Below, in pieces: positions 43,607-52,574 of a stretch of DNA of 52,574 nucleotides (positions within the stretch are counted from its first letter, which is position 1; each line of letters opens with the position of its first letter). The translations under genes were made by a program, and so were the position numbers. Below the pieces are notes generated by a model. It made no database searches, was not told where the DNA came from, and saw nothing but the letters and a program-made list of their open reading frames with translations. Source of the stretch: a virus (Duplodnaviria; Caudoviricetes); IMG/VR virus record IMGVR_UViG_3300043446_003894, positions 1 through 52,574 of that record. One strand, written 5' to 3'.

Positions 43607-45424
43607 TTATCCCCCGTATGGTCTTACGTCACCAACGTTGGCATTCAATAGCACTCGACCCATCTGATAGTTCCCACCAGCCACATTGCTTGCAAACCGC
43701 AAACGCAACTCCCTGCGCTGCTCCCGCATGTCAATCTTGCCCGTCTCTGGCTCAAAAAAATACGGATCTGAAATCTTGTCATCTGACTGCGCAAACGGAC
43801 GGCCTACAACACGAAGAGACATCGTTCCGGACTGAATGAAGTCAGGCTCAACACGCTCCAGATGCAACCAGTAATTATCGCCAACAGGCTGCGTAGTGGC
43901 CGGCCCTCCGCCAACCCATCCTAAGTCCGAAGTCTCAAAATAACTTTCAATGGCAAAGAAGTTTTGCCCATTGACTTCATCAACTCCAACCTCATGCTGC
44001 CACAGCGTGACGCGGCCGGCAGTCGTGTTGAATGTTGCCGTAACTGTATCTGATGCTGTGGCATCCTCGCTTAAGGTGACAGAGTAGTAGTTTGGCGTAG
44101 CGCTTGGCGCTATTGCAATCACAAGCGAATTGTCAGCAATCCCATCGCCAATTACCAGTTGGCCAAGACCAACCAAATTGGTTTCTGGCATTTCAATGAT
44201 TGGACTCGAGGTTGTTGTGGTTACTTCAGAAGCAAAAATTTCTTCTTGCTCACTCAGCGTTGCACCAGCATTGATTGGATAGCTGAAGACTTGCGAGAAA
44301 TACCCGGCAGTTCTGCGAGCACCCAACGCCTGACCGCCGTCATACCAGCAATTCTCACGGATGTTGTAGATCACGCAGTCGTTGCATTCTTCTGAGTCGC
44401 CGCTCGGGAAGAACCACCAGATTTCACCAAACCGCGGAACCTTTGTTGCCCACACTTTCTGACGCTGAGAGTAGTTCAGATTGTCAAAAAAGTAGTTCTG
44501 GTTCATCGAGTTTGGGATTTCCTTGACAACCCCGTTGTACAGCAAGAATCGATCAACACCAATCCAGTAGTAAATGCCGTCATACTCAATTACGGACTGC
44601 GACGAAAGGATTGAAGATTGGCTGGAGATGATGTCGTAGCGCCAGTAAAACGTTTGCGGCGTCCCACCAACCGTGATGGTGGTCGGATTGTAAGAAACTC
44701 TAATCAATGAGTCCAACGACCAAAACAAACCGCTTGGCGCGTTTGATCCACCTCGAACAGGCAGGCCCTTGACCACTTTGGTAGAAGCAACGTTGGTTTC
44801 ATTGGCATCAGCGCCGTTCCAGTCGTACGGATTGCCAGCCGCGCAATTTTTGATCAGGCCATTGTCCCCGTAGACAAACACGTACGGATGCAGCACCACA
44901 ACGCCGCCAGACACCTCAATCGGATCTCCAGATGGCGATGGACCAGAGGTGTCTTCTAATTGCGCCATCGTCGTTCCATTGATGTCGCCGGCTAATACGG
45001 GGGTTGATACCGTTTGATCAATCTGCGCAAGATTGACGCCCGGGTGAGCCAGCAGCAATTGATTGCCGGAACCCTGAGCATCAAACATTGAATCAAATTG
45101 CCACAGATTTAAATCTGAGGCAGTGAAGTTAGACAGAGTAAATTCACTGACACCGGAACCTACACCGTTGTTGTCAATGTTGATGACCTCGAGGCCGTTG
45201 TTGTAGCCATTGAATACTTGGTTCAACCCATCCGCGGAATTGACGTAGATGCCTCTGGAATACCCCAAGGCGTCGTTAGTGATTGCGCGAAAGCCACCTA
45301 TTTTCCTTGGTCTACCCCTTTGGAACCGAACCCATCTGCCATCTGTGTAAAAGTTTTTGTCGAAGTAAGTACCATCCCTTTGAACGCCGGGTTGGGTATC
45401 AATCGAAAAAACTTTTTTTGTCAT
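43607..45424 (-). CDS. Tail hub/nozzle protein (P22 gp10-like, probable beta-propeller)
   Basis: DGRWVRFQRGRPRKIGG, FGEIWWFFPS...C..CVIYN, RVEPDF, GNYQMGR; beta-rich; canonical position. Confidence 0.65.
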   Translation of the reverse strand: MTKKVFSIDTQPGVQRDGTYFDKNFYTDGRWVRFQRGRPRKIGGFRAITNDALGYSRGIYVNSADGLNQVFNGYNNGLEVINIDNNGVGSGVSEFTLSNFTASDLNLWQFDSMFDAQGSGNQLLLAHPGVNLAQIDQTVSTPVLAGDINGTTMAQLEDTSGPSPSGDPIEVSGGVVVLHPYVFVYGDNGLIKNCAAGNPYDWNGADANETNVASTKVVKGLPVRGGSNAPSGLFWSLDSLIRVSYNPTTITVGGTPQTFYWRYDIISSQSSILSSQSVIEYDGIYYWIGVDRFLLYNGVVKEIPNSMNQNYFFDNLNYSQRQKVWATKVPRFGEIWWFFPSGDSEECNDCVIYNIRENCWYDGGQALGARRTAGYFSQVFSYPINAGATLSEQEEIFASEVTTTTSSPIIEMPETNLVGLGQLVIGDGIADNSLVIAIAPSATPNYYSVTLSEDATASDTVTATFNTTAGRVTLWQHEVGVDEVNGQNFFAIESYFETSDLGWVGGGPATTQPVGDNYWLHLERVEPDFIQSGTMSLRVVGRPFAQSDDKISDPYFFEPETGKIDMREQRRELRLRFASNVAGGNYQMGRVLLNANVGDVRPYGG

Positions 45425-46680
45425 ACAAAAACTCCGCCAGAAACACCACCTACAAAGTTTCCGGTTCCGCTTGCATCAATGTCTCCAACAATCGTCAGCC
45501 CAGTAGCCGAAATGGTCTGGACTAACGTGCCGAGAATTGAAATATTGAACTCACCTGACGCGGCTCGATAAATACCGGTTGTTGGTTCTGTGCCGAAGTT
45601 CAACGAAGGATTGGTAACCGTTCCATCTTGCAGACTTACCACTGAAGATCCGGCAAGAACCGTGTTTGCGTTCAACAAATTTTGCGAGTCACAAATCAGA
45701 GTTGCCTGATTGCCTGCAGAAATAATCGCCGAAGCAGCGCCACCAACACCAGTGCTGATGGTCAATGTATAAGCGCCAGCAGTCGTCGCATTCTGAACAA
45801 AATAAATTTGAACGGTCTCGGGAACAATGATCGTCACGTTACCCGTTAACGTCCCAGTGTATTTTTGAATGACGTTTGCGGCTTCAATTGCCGTCAGGGT
45901 GTACGTCCCGGTCGTAACGTTTTTTGTTAGCTGCGTGAAATTGAACTGCGTCGATTTTCCAAGGCCAACGGTGTAAAACGTCGTCCCGCTGCAGACAATG
46001 ATTGCTGAGTCGTTTGGCTGAAACAACAAACTCGCAGAGCCGTTGATTGTGTTTCCACCAGATCCCGCGACAGTTAAGGTTCCGGACCCGCCATTACGCA
46101 AGAACATGAACCAGTTATCACCGAGAGTTGACGCCGCGGTCAAGGTCAATGTGCCGGCGCCGCCCGTCCATACATAGGTGTTGGACCGGTCTGAAGTCAA
46201 TGCCGTGTAGTCAGAACTGAACGTCGTAACCGGCTGCGCCTGATTCAACGTTTGGCCAATTGCCAGCAAACCGTATCCGGCGAGCGTCGCTGCATCAGCA
46301 CCAGACGAACCAATGCCAAAAGCAATGATGCCCCACGTCCCGGACTCATCCGGATTGTCGGTGATGTAGATGTACTGCGATTCACCAGCGGAAACGGTGA
46401 CAATTGTATTCTGGCCGTCGTAGTCGTATACATCAACATCAACCATTCCGGTGTTACGAATCAGCGCATCTTGACCGACCGATGCCTGATTAGCCGGCGG
46501 CATCCACAATTGATATGCGGTTGACGACGTTGATACTTCCATGATGCGCGCGGTCGTATCGTCGGTGGTCGATCCATTAATCGGCCATTGCAACTGCAGC
46601 GTGCTTGTCAGCGTGATGCTACGGTAAGAAACGTCAGTTGGTTGGATGACGTTTCCGGTGAATGGAGAGTTGTAACTCAT
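45421..46680 (-). CDS. Tail structural protein
   Basis: Start ATG 46680 (MSYNSPFTG); beta-rich; DGTVTNPSLNF..EPTTGIYR motif. Confidence 0.6.
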   Translation of the reverse strand: MSYNSPFTGNVIQPTDVSYRSITLTSTLQLQWPINGSTTDDTTARIMEVSTSSTAYQLWMPPANQASVGQDALIRNTGMVDVDVYDYDGQNTIVTVSAGESQYIYITDNPDESGTWGIIAFGIGSSGADAATLAGYGLLAIGQTLNQAQPVTTFSSDYTALTSDRSNTYVWTGGAGTLTLTAASTLGDNWFMFLRNGGSGTLTVAGSGGNTINGSASLLFQPNDSAIIVCSGTTFYTVGLGKSTQFNFTQLTKNVTTGTYTLTAIEAANVIQKYTGTLTGNVTIIVPETVQIYFVQNATTAGAYTLTISTGVGGAASAIISAGNQATLICDSQNLLNANTVLAGSSVVSLQDGTVTNPSLNFGTEPTTGIYRAASGEFNISILGTLVQTISATGLTIVGDIDASGTGNFVGGVSGGVFV

Positions 46681-46682
46681 GG

Positions 46683-47318
46683 TCAGGTATCCAATACAAC
46701 GGCTTGACGATCGCCAACTCGCTGAACGTCTTCGGTTTTGAGGGTCTGCATGATTGCATCGTATTGCGCTTGCCACATTGGCATGCGCTCATCGTTCTTC
46801 AGGAACGGCATCGCCTGAAGTAAAGAGCCATACAACAAAGCCTGCGGCGCATAGATGGTGAACCAGTTAGTTTGATTCGTCGAATCCAACGGTTGTATGC
46901 GCTCATAGTAGAGAACTTCAAACGAATAATCCGTGTCTGGCGTCGGCGCAACCAACCAATGGGTATAGTCATAATCCGCATAGAATTTTGGAACTCCCGT
47001 ATTGGTTGCATCTGGCCAGTATTCACGCAAATATTCGTACTTGCGCAATAGCACAGGGAAACGTTGTCCATCAATGGTGATATTCATACTGACGGTTTTG
47101 TGCCAACGAGCAGGCTTGTCAATGATTGCCGTGGAGGCAACCATGTTGCTTTCGCTTACCGTCAGGTTGCCAAGAAACTTGATTTGTGACGCAATGACCT
47201 GTTCTGCCAACATAATGAACAGAGGAATTTTTTCCAGCGTCGCTGAGTCCGTACGCTCCAGATAAGACTGGATATTCTCGACCAGCGAGTCATAGGTCAT
47301 TACACTGGCGGTTGTCAT
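46683..47318 (-). CDS. Head-tail adaptor (tail tubular A-like)
   Basis: MTYDSL..NIQSYLER...FIMLAE; VAPTPD; APQALLYGSLLQA.PFLKND. Confidence 0.7.
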   Translation of the reverse strand: MTTASVMTYDSLVENIQSYLERTDSATLEKIPLFIMLAEQVIASQIKFLGNLTVSESNMVASTAIIDKPARWHKTVSMNITIDGQRFPVLLRKYEYLREYWPDATNTGVPKFYADYDYTHWLVAPTPDTDYSFEVLYYERIQPLDSTNQTNWFTIYAPQALLYGSLLQAMPFLKNDERMPMWQAQYDAIMQTLKTEDVQRVGDRQAVVLDT

Positions 47319-47379
47319 CGAAAAACCCCTTTTTGTTTCAGCATTTTATCCCGCTGTCAAGGAAAAGAATAGGACGATT

Positions 47380-47904
47380 TCAAGCAAACATTTCGCTTGC
47401 CGCTTTTTCGACCGACTCAACCCGCGCCAGCCAGCCTTTCAGGAACTTTTCCTGATCCGGACGGCGCGACACAATCCCCCGATAGAACGCCTCTTTCTGT
47501 TCCGAAAACCGCTCCAGAATTTCTTCCGGCCGATGGTTAGACACCGCAGCCAAGGTTCCCGGCCCGATGGCCCCATCGTCCTTGGTTCCGGCCGCCCGTT
47601 GCAGGAACTTGGCCGCTTGACCCGTGCCGGCGTTGACCGCAAAGTCAAAAACCGCGTAATCCACCCCCGACGGCAAGTCATCGCACCGACACCGATCCCA
47701 GTATTGCTTCTTGTAGAACGGCTTGACCTGATCCACGGTCAGGGCCTTCATCTCGCCATCCATGATTGCCCGGCCAAGATACTCGCCCCACGCGATCCTT
47801 GTCACCCCAAAGTTGGTCTCGCCCCCCGCGTCATTTTTGTCCCAGACATAGCCGCCCTCAGACTTGATCACATGGGCGAACGCGGCTTCCCAGTTGGCTT
47901 TCAT
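47380..47904 (-). CDS. Endolysin, glycoside hydrolase family 108 with peptidoglycan-binding domain
   Basis: SEGGYV...D.GGETNFGVT, YWD, FDFAVNAG, DGAIGPGT, FLKGWLARV. Confidence 0.92.
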   Translation of the reverse strand: MKANWEAAFAHVIKSEGGYVWDKNDAGGETNFGVTRIAWGEYLGRAIMDGEMKALTVDQVKPFYKKQYWDRCRCDDLPSGVDYAVFDFAVNAGTGQAAKFLQRAAGTKDDGAIGPGTLAAVSNHRPEEILERFSEQKEAFYRGIVSRRPDQEKFLKGWLARVESVEKAASEMFA

Positions 47905-48128
47905 TTTTCGAGGTGCTCCGTGACTTTGACGGCGGCCAAGATGCCAATGAAGCCGCCCACGATGGTGTTGAAGGCAGGGCCGATGATCGGGAAGACATCG
48001 TTGTTGTTGATGACGCTGTTGGGCATGAACAGGCCGTACAGAAACACGCCAACCATCGACACCATGACCAATGACAGCGTGATGCTGACAAGGATAGTTA
48101 CAAAACAGATTGTGTTTTCACGGTTCAT
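47901..48128 (-). CDS. Two-TM membrane protein (holin/antiholin candidate)
   Basis: Two hydrophobic helices; coupled to the endolysin gene. Confidence 0.55.
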   Translation of the reverse strand: MNRENTICFVTILVSITLSLVMVSMVGVFLYGLFMPNSVINNNDVFPIIGPAFNTIVGGFIGILAAVKVTEHLEK

Positions 48129-48616
48129 TTCAGCTTCCCCAGTTTGTCCTTGTCCTTGCTGCCCTGCGAGGAGCCAAAGTAGAACGAAAGCACCTGCGTA
48201 GCGGCACTGGTAATGAATCCCAAGGCAAAGATGATGATGTTTTCCTGATCGTCAGGGATGTTGCTGAAGATCAAGACGCCGATTAAGGTGAATGACAGCC
48301 CCACGGTTCCAAGCGCCAGCAGTGGCATGGTCAGCTTCTCAAGAATGTGAGCATTGACACTGGTGGCGATCTCAGCGTGGGCTTTGCGGGCGCTGTCACG
48401 ATCCTGCACTTCCAACTTGAACTGCTCTAGGTCGATCTCGGCCAGCTTCTGAGCGGCCTGCGGATCGGCTTGAATGGCTTGGGTGACGGCCTCAACGGTG
48501 TCTTCGACGCCCAGCTTGCTGGCAATTGCTTTGACCGCCATACCGCCCATCGGGCCAGCCACAACCGTGGCCAGAGCCGGAGCCGCACTCTTCAACAGAT
48601 CAAGCAATGAATCCAT
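48125..48616 (-). CDS. Holin-like membrane protein
   Basis: DRDSAR motif, two TM segments, FYFGSSQGS C-terminus. Confidence 0.65.
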   Translation of the reverse strand: MDSLLDLLKSAAPALATVVAGPMGGMAVKAIASKLGVEDTVEAVTQAIQADPQAAQKLAEIDLEQFKLEVQDRDSARKAHAEIATSVNAHILEKLTMPLLALGTVGLSFTLIGVLIFSNIPDDQENIIIFALGFITSAATQVLSFYFGSSQGSKDKDKLGKLK

Positions 48617-48617
48617 A

Positions 48618-49151
48618 TCAACCTCTGAAATAGATGGCGACGAAGATGATGATGCCGCCGATACCCAAGAACACGAAGATTCCCGCTGTCATCAGCAACT
48701 CTTCCTGCTCCTGCTTCTTTCTTGCCGCTCTGTCCTTGGCCAGTCTTGCCTTGCGGATTGCTTCCCGGTTTGCCTCGTCCTGCTCGCCAGACAGCCTGTC
48801 GCGTTCTTGGCACAGCTCTTGATATAGCCCCAGCTCGCCTTTCATCGCGAAGAGGTCGCGGAGCTGAGTTTCAAACTCCTTGGCCTGCTTTCTGGCCATC
48901 ACGATTTGGAAGGCTTGCGACAGTATTGACTCTTGCGCTGCCGCTTCTTTCGGGTCTTCTGACTTCGGTTGAGTCTTCGCTACTTCAACGGCCTTCGCGG
49001 CCTTTTCAATCTCTGCCTGACTGTGGAAGAACGACTGCAAGTCTTCGTAGCAGTCCTTGATCTCATGCCCAAGTTCGATTGCTTGCTTAACTCCGGCTAC
49101 GGCCCCCTTTGCAACCGCAAAGGCTGCGCCTATGGTGATGGGATCGATCAT
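48618..49151 (-). CDS. Coiled-coil membrane-anchored protein in the lysis region
   Basis: Start ATG 49151 (MIDPITIGAAF); C-terminal TM segment. Confidence 0.6.
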   Translation of the reverse strand: MIDPITIGAAFAVAKGAVAGVKQAIELGHEIKDCYEDLQSFFHSQAEIEKAAKAVEVAKTQPKSEDPKEAAAQESILSQAFQIVMARKQAKEFETQLRDLFAMKGELGLYQELCQERDRLSGEQDEANREAIRKARLAKDRAARKKQEQEELLMTAGIFVFLGIGGIIIFVAIYFRG

Positions 49152-49167
49152 TTCGCATAAATCCTCT

Positions 49168-49365
49168 CTACAGTCCGAGCAGCTTGCGGACGAATTCAGC
49201 CCCAACTCCGGGGCCGAGCAAGACCACGATGATCACCGCATAGAGCAGGTACTCGATCTTGGTCATGCGCTTATCCCCGTCCTTCAAAGACGAGGCGATA
49301 TAGCTGTACCGCTCCGAGCATATGGCCTCGTGAACGGCCAGTTTGGTTTCGGTTGTGTCACTCAC
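49168..49365 (-). CDS. Small membrane protein (HEAICSERY type)
   Basis: GTG start at 49365; coiled coil plus TM segment. Confidence 0.6.
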   Translation of the reverse strand: MSDTTETKLAVHEAICSERYSYIASSLKDGDKRMTKIEYLLYAVIIVVLLGPGVGAEFVRKLLGL

Positions 49366-49489
49366 TTGGCGGCTCTTCTTTTGAAGCAGCAGCAGCCTGA
49401 ATTGCCGCAATAAGTTGGTACACCTCTTGGTACGGACGAGTTCCAAGATAGCCAAGGATGCTGTTCACAAGTTCAACGCTGATGTTCAT
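49358..49489 (-). CDS. Small conserved protein (43 aa, not in the ORF track)
   Basis: TAATG overlap; MNISVELVNSILGYLGTRPYQEVYQLIAAIQ... Confidence 0.6.
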   Translation of the reverse strand: MNISVELVNSILGYLGTRPYQEVYQLIAAIQAAAASKEEPPSE

Positions 49490-52044
49490 TATCTTGCCCT
49501 TGCTATGGTGAATGGGTTTTCTGCGAAAGCGGCGTAGATGTAAGTTCTTGTTCCAAACGAAACCTCCCCCGAGGCCGGGTCGGTTGTGTAAATTTTAAAA
49601 CCGTTTGATAACAGGTCGATTGTCGCTGTTGATGCGCCGTTAGTACCTTCTGCGGCAGAACTATTTGGCACAAGCCAAGATGAAGCTGCCGGTGGGATGT
49701 TGTATGTTTGCCTAGAACTATCAAAAATAAACCATCGTTCTACGTTGTCTGTGTTTTTGAGCAGAATGAAACGTGGCCTAAAACCAAGATAGGTGAATGT
49801 GCCGCTGGTTGAATTATTGTTTGTCCATGTTCCAAACGCGCTGTATCCTGTAATTTGACTCCAGCAATACGCCACATAGGTAGTGCCATTGGTGTTTGTC
49901 ATTGCTTGATTGCCAAGCGTGATAACAGTGCTATTTGGGTTTGTCGCGTTCCACAAACTACCCGATCCTGCGGCTTCGGTTGTTATTGCGTTAGTTGTGC
50001 TTAATTCTAATCTTTGCCCTCCGGTCATATACGGCAAAATTTTCACCGGCCAATCTGCTATTGCGCTTCTGCTTTTTACAATTACCATTCCCGGCGTTAC
50101 GCCAAGTCCGTGCCCAACAGTTGCTCCAACAGTTCCGTTACCTGTATAGGTCACAATGCTAAAGCCAGCAGTCGTGTTTGCGCTTACTGTGCTGGTAATG
50201 CTTCCTGATGTGTTGGATACGGTTGAGCCACTGGCTTTCCACTGCCAACCAACATAGGTTGCGCCAGAGTTGTTGTAAACAGTGTCAGAACCAAGCGTAA
50301 AGCCTCCCGTTCCAAAGGCGGTCAATCCGTTTGTATCGGTTGTCTCTGCACCTGTCGTATCTGATATGAGCGCCTTGGTGGTTCCGCGAACCGAGTCAGT
50401 CAACTTGTGATCCGTCGCGGCAGAACGACTCTTCACCCATACCAAGTCAGGCTGAAATGTCGTGCCAATCGTGTTGTTTGCTCCGTTGCTTATTGCGTTT
50501 GTTCCGCCGTTACCTGTGTAAGTCGTCGCCGCCATGTAGTTCGCGCCATTCAGGATGGTTGGCACTGGGAGGTTCGCGGAGTTGAGCGCGTTGTATCCGG
50601 TCGGTGGCGTGTAGGTGAATCCTTGCTGCCCCATGTTTATCCAATTCGTGCCAGTTGTGCTGGCCTGATAGCTTTGACCAGCGCACCAAACGCTTCCGGC
50701 GGTTAGCAAGTCAGTAAAGGCCGCGTTGGTTCCCGCAACAGGATCGCTGGAATTAAGCCACCCGCCAGAGTTGCGGAAAAATATCTTCCCGTTGTCCATG
50801 TCCACGGCGACACCGACCCACTGACTTAACGCCGTCGTTGCGCCATAAGCAACGCTCCCTCCCTCACTGTGTTTGTTCCCGTTTTGCCCTATGTAGCACC
50901 GCCACCGAGTTGGATTCGCTGTCCCTTGCGGAGAAGCTATGTCGATAATTCCCTGCGACGACCACATCACTCCCAAATCACTTGCTGTTTGCGTCATTTC
51001 AAAATACCATTTGCCAGAGGTCGGAATGGCAAACGTGGTCGGACACCAAGTGTTAGCCACCGTTCTGTTCCACGTATTTTTTAGGTTTCCATCTGCCTCA
51101 ACCTGTGATGTTCCTGTCAATGCAGCAGCGAGAGGGTTCGATGTTGGATAATTGTTCGTCGGCGTATCAAGCATCGAGTCATAGGTCGTACCAGCGGTCA
51201 CGCTGATGTTGTTCGGCGTCCAGTTGTTGCCATTGCCGGAGTAGTCCTTGCCAAGCGTAGTAGCAGTGTTGTTGCTGTTGTCGGCAAAGGTCAGGTAGAA
51301 GCCGTTGTTGCCATAAGTCCCAGTGTAGGGCAGCGGTTGCCACACGCCAGTAGCGGTGTCAGCGTAACCAAAGGAGTTCGGGGTTAGTTGCTGGCCGTCG
51401 ATGAAGTTGATCTCGGTGACATAGCCGTCATAGTATTGAGGGACAGCCGCCGTTTCTCCAATGGTATGCGATACAGCAGAATTGAATCGTCCGTTTGTGT
51501 TTTGTGCAACATAACTATTTCCGCCAGCATTGAAGGTCGTAATTTGTACGCCATTGACATACATCTTTTGACGATTGGTGTCTGTTGCTTGCGTTGAATC
51601 GTATGCACAAACCAAGTGATACCAAGCGGCTGGATCACGAAAAACTTGCGCTGGTTGCAACAGATAAACCGTTGCGCCGCCAGATGCGTCGTACCAGTTA
51701 ATGTAATCTGATGGGGTTAAATAAATGCCTCCAAATGTGCTTCCGCTAGAAGGCGCAAAGAACAACGCACCAGCAGCGCCTGATGCTCCATAACTTAATT
51801 GACCGCGTTTAAACCAGCAACTAAATGTCCAAATCTTGTTGTTGGTTGGCGTGGTCAGCGTTCTGTTTAAATACGCACTCGCACTAGAGCGCAGTCTGAC
51901 GCTGCGGCTGATCTGGAATCCGGGTGGCCACTTCCCTGCCTTGCTGTACTGCAAAGCCTCATCCAATGTCCAAACCCCCGAGGCCGAGTTGGGCGACGGA
52001 GGCTGGGGGTTCTTCGTGATAATTCTGCCCAGATAGTCGGACAT
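49489..52044 (-). CDS. Tail fibre/receptor-binding protein with LamG (ConA-like) and SPRY-like domains
   Basis: WTFSCWFKR, WYHLV.AYD, KMYVNG (LamG); SGKWYFE, VGVAVDMDNGKIFF (SPRY); GFSIVTYTGNG, GFRPRFILLK. Confidence 0.8.
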   Translation of the reverse strand: MSDYLGRIITKNPQPPSPNSASGVWTLDEALQYSKAGKWPPGFQISRSVRLRSSASAYLNRTLTTPTNNKIWTFSCWFKRGQLSYGASGAAGALFFAPSSGSTFGGIYLTPSDYINWYDASGGATVYLLQPAQVFRDPAAWYHLVCAYDSTQATDTNRQKMYVNGVQITTFNAGGNSYVAQNTNGRFNSAVSHTIGETAAVPQYYDGYVTEINFIDGQQLTPNSFGYADTATGVWQPLPYTGTYGNNGFYLTFADNSNNTATTLGKDYSGNGNNWTPNNISVTAGTTYDSMLDTPTNNYPTSNPLAAALTGTSQVEADGNLKNTWNRTVANTWCPTTFAIPTSGKWYFEMTQTASDLGVMWSSQGIIDIASPQGTANPTRWRCYIGQNGNKHSEGGSVAYGATTALSQWVGVAVDMDNGKIFFRNSGGWLNSSDPVAGTNAAFTDLLTAGSVWCAGQSYQASTTGTNWINMGQQGFTYTPPTGYNALNSANLPVPTILNGANYMAATTYTGNGGTNAISNGANNTIGTTFQPDLVWVKSRSAATDHKLTDSVRGTTKALISDTTGAETTDTNGLTAFGTGGFTLGSDTVYNNSGATYVGWQWKASGSTVSNTSGSITSTVSANTTAGFSIVTYTGNGTVGATVGHGLGVTPGMVIVKSRSAIADWPVKILPYMTGGQRLELSTTNAITTEAAGSGSLWNATNPNSTVITLGNQAMTNTNGTTYVAYCWSQITGYSAFGTWTNNNSTSGTFTYLGFRPRFILLKNTDNVERWFIFDSSRQTYNIPPAASSWLVPNSSAAEGTNGASTATIDLLSNGFKIYTTDPASGEVSFGTRTYIYAAFAENPFTIARAR

Positions 52045-52056
52045 GCTTGCTCCTGA

Positions 52057-52542
52057 TTACAGCGCAACGTAGTCGGGGTCGTTCGGCCAAGCCACTTGGA
52101 TCGCCGCTTGCAAGGCAGGAACGTCTGCCGCCGCTTCCACCGCAGCCACCCCGGCCGCCGCAGCAGTCCTGACAGACGCACGGTAGGCAGTCCACTCAGC
52201 CGCTACAGGCGTTTGCGTTTCCACGCTCTTGACCACCATCCAGTCAGACGGCAAGAGACGAGTATAGGCTTGCTGGTTGATGCTGTCCTTCCACTGCTTC
52301 TTCAGCCCGTCCAAGTCCTTCGGGTTGTTGGTGAAGGTGATCACCGCGCCATTGCGGGTCTCGCTCACCCAGTAAAAACGGTCATCCTCGCGGGTTCCTT
52401 CATAGGTCACCTCGACCAAGCCCAGCGTCTCCTTGTCCTGCACGGAGGCGTGGTTGAGCCAGTCAGCGGGATAGCCAGTCCCATCAATCGTGAACGGCGT
52501 CTGTTCAACGATGTACTTGTCTTCTTTTGCACAGTAAAACAT
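52057..52542 (-). CDS. Tail fibre assembly chaperone-like protein
   Basis: LLPSDWMV...WTAYRASVR...WP motif; between fibre genes. Confidence 0.65.
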   Translation of the reverse strand: MFYCAKEDKYIVEQTPFTIDGTGYPADWLNHASVQDKETLGLVEVTYEGTREDDRFYWVSETRNGAVITFTNNPKDLDGLKKQWKDSINQQAYTRLLPSDWMVVKSVETQTPVAAEWTAYRASVRTAAAAGVAAVEAAADVPALQAAIQVAWPNDPDYVAL

Positions 52543-52544
52543 GA

Positions 52545-52574
52545 TTACCTCGCTCGGGAAAGGGTGAAGGGGTT
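52545..52574 (-). CDS. C-terminal end of a second fibre gene (partial)
   Basis: Translates NPFTLSRAR*, matching NPFTIARAR* at the end of 49489-52044. Confidence 0.6.
   Translation of the reverse strand, partial: NPFTLSRAR

Noticed and set aside
47341-47362. TTGACA and TAAAAT on the minus strand upstream of the adaptor gene
   Set aside because: Only about 7 nt separate the hexamers, which does not fit sigma70 spacing.
49489-52044. Diversity-generating retroelement target in the lectin-like fibre
   Set aside because: No reverse transcriptase and no adenine-variant template/variable repeat pair seen in the window.

Overview
The window is most of a tailed dsDNA bacteriophage genome (Caudoviricetes, podovirus-like layout), apparently circularly permuted because both ends fall inside tail-fibre genes. 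A proteobacterial host is inferred, not shown. The minus strand carries terminase (terS/terL), a 1349-aa polyvalent protein with an ADP-ribosyltransferase-like domain, portal, GroES-like co-chaperonin, scaffold, capsid, neck and fibre genes, a GH108 lysis cassette, ejection-type proteins, and a lambdoid-like early/replication block (Cro-like, DUF1376, CHC2 zinc finger, SF4 helicase, RusA, Ref, DUF932). A short plus-strand operon encodes an SSB-like protein and a PD-(D/E)XK nuclease. I saw no integrase, CI repressor, tRNA or CRISPR array. The top candidate for an undescribed system is an acyl carrier protein, a FabB/F-type ketoacyl synthase and a GNAT-like gene, tightly coupled inside the tail/ejection operon just upstream of a Met-Gly-initiated ejection-type protein. 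This suggests phage-encoded lipidation of a virion protein. Other notable signals: a recurrent xxxGG motif at module junctions of internal virion proteins, two duplicated early promoters each with a perfect FNR-type box, a dispersed 13-bp palindrome, a leaderless antisense gene against the ART protein, and two small-RNA candidates. All family assignments come from motif recognition by eye; no database search was run.
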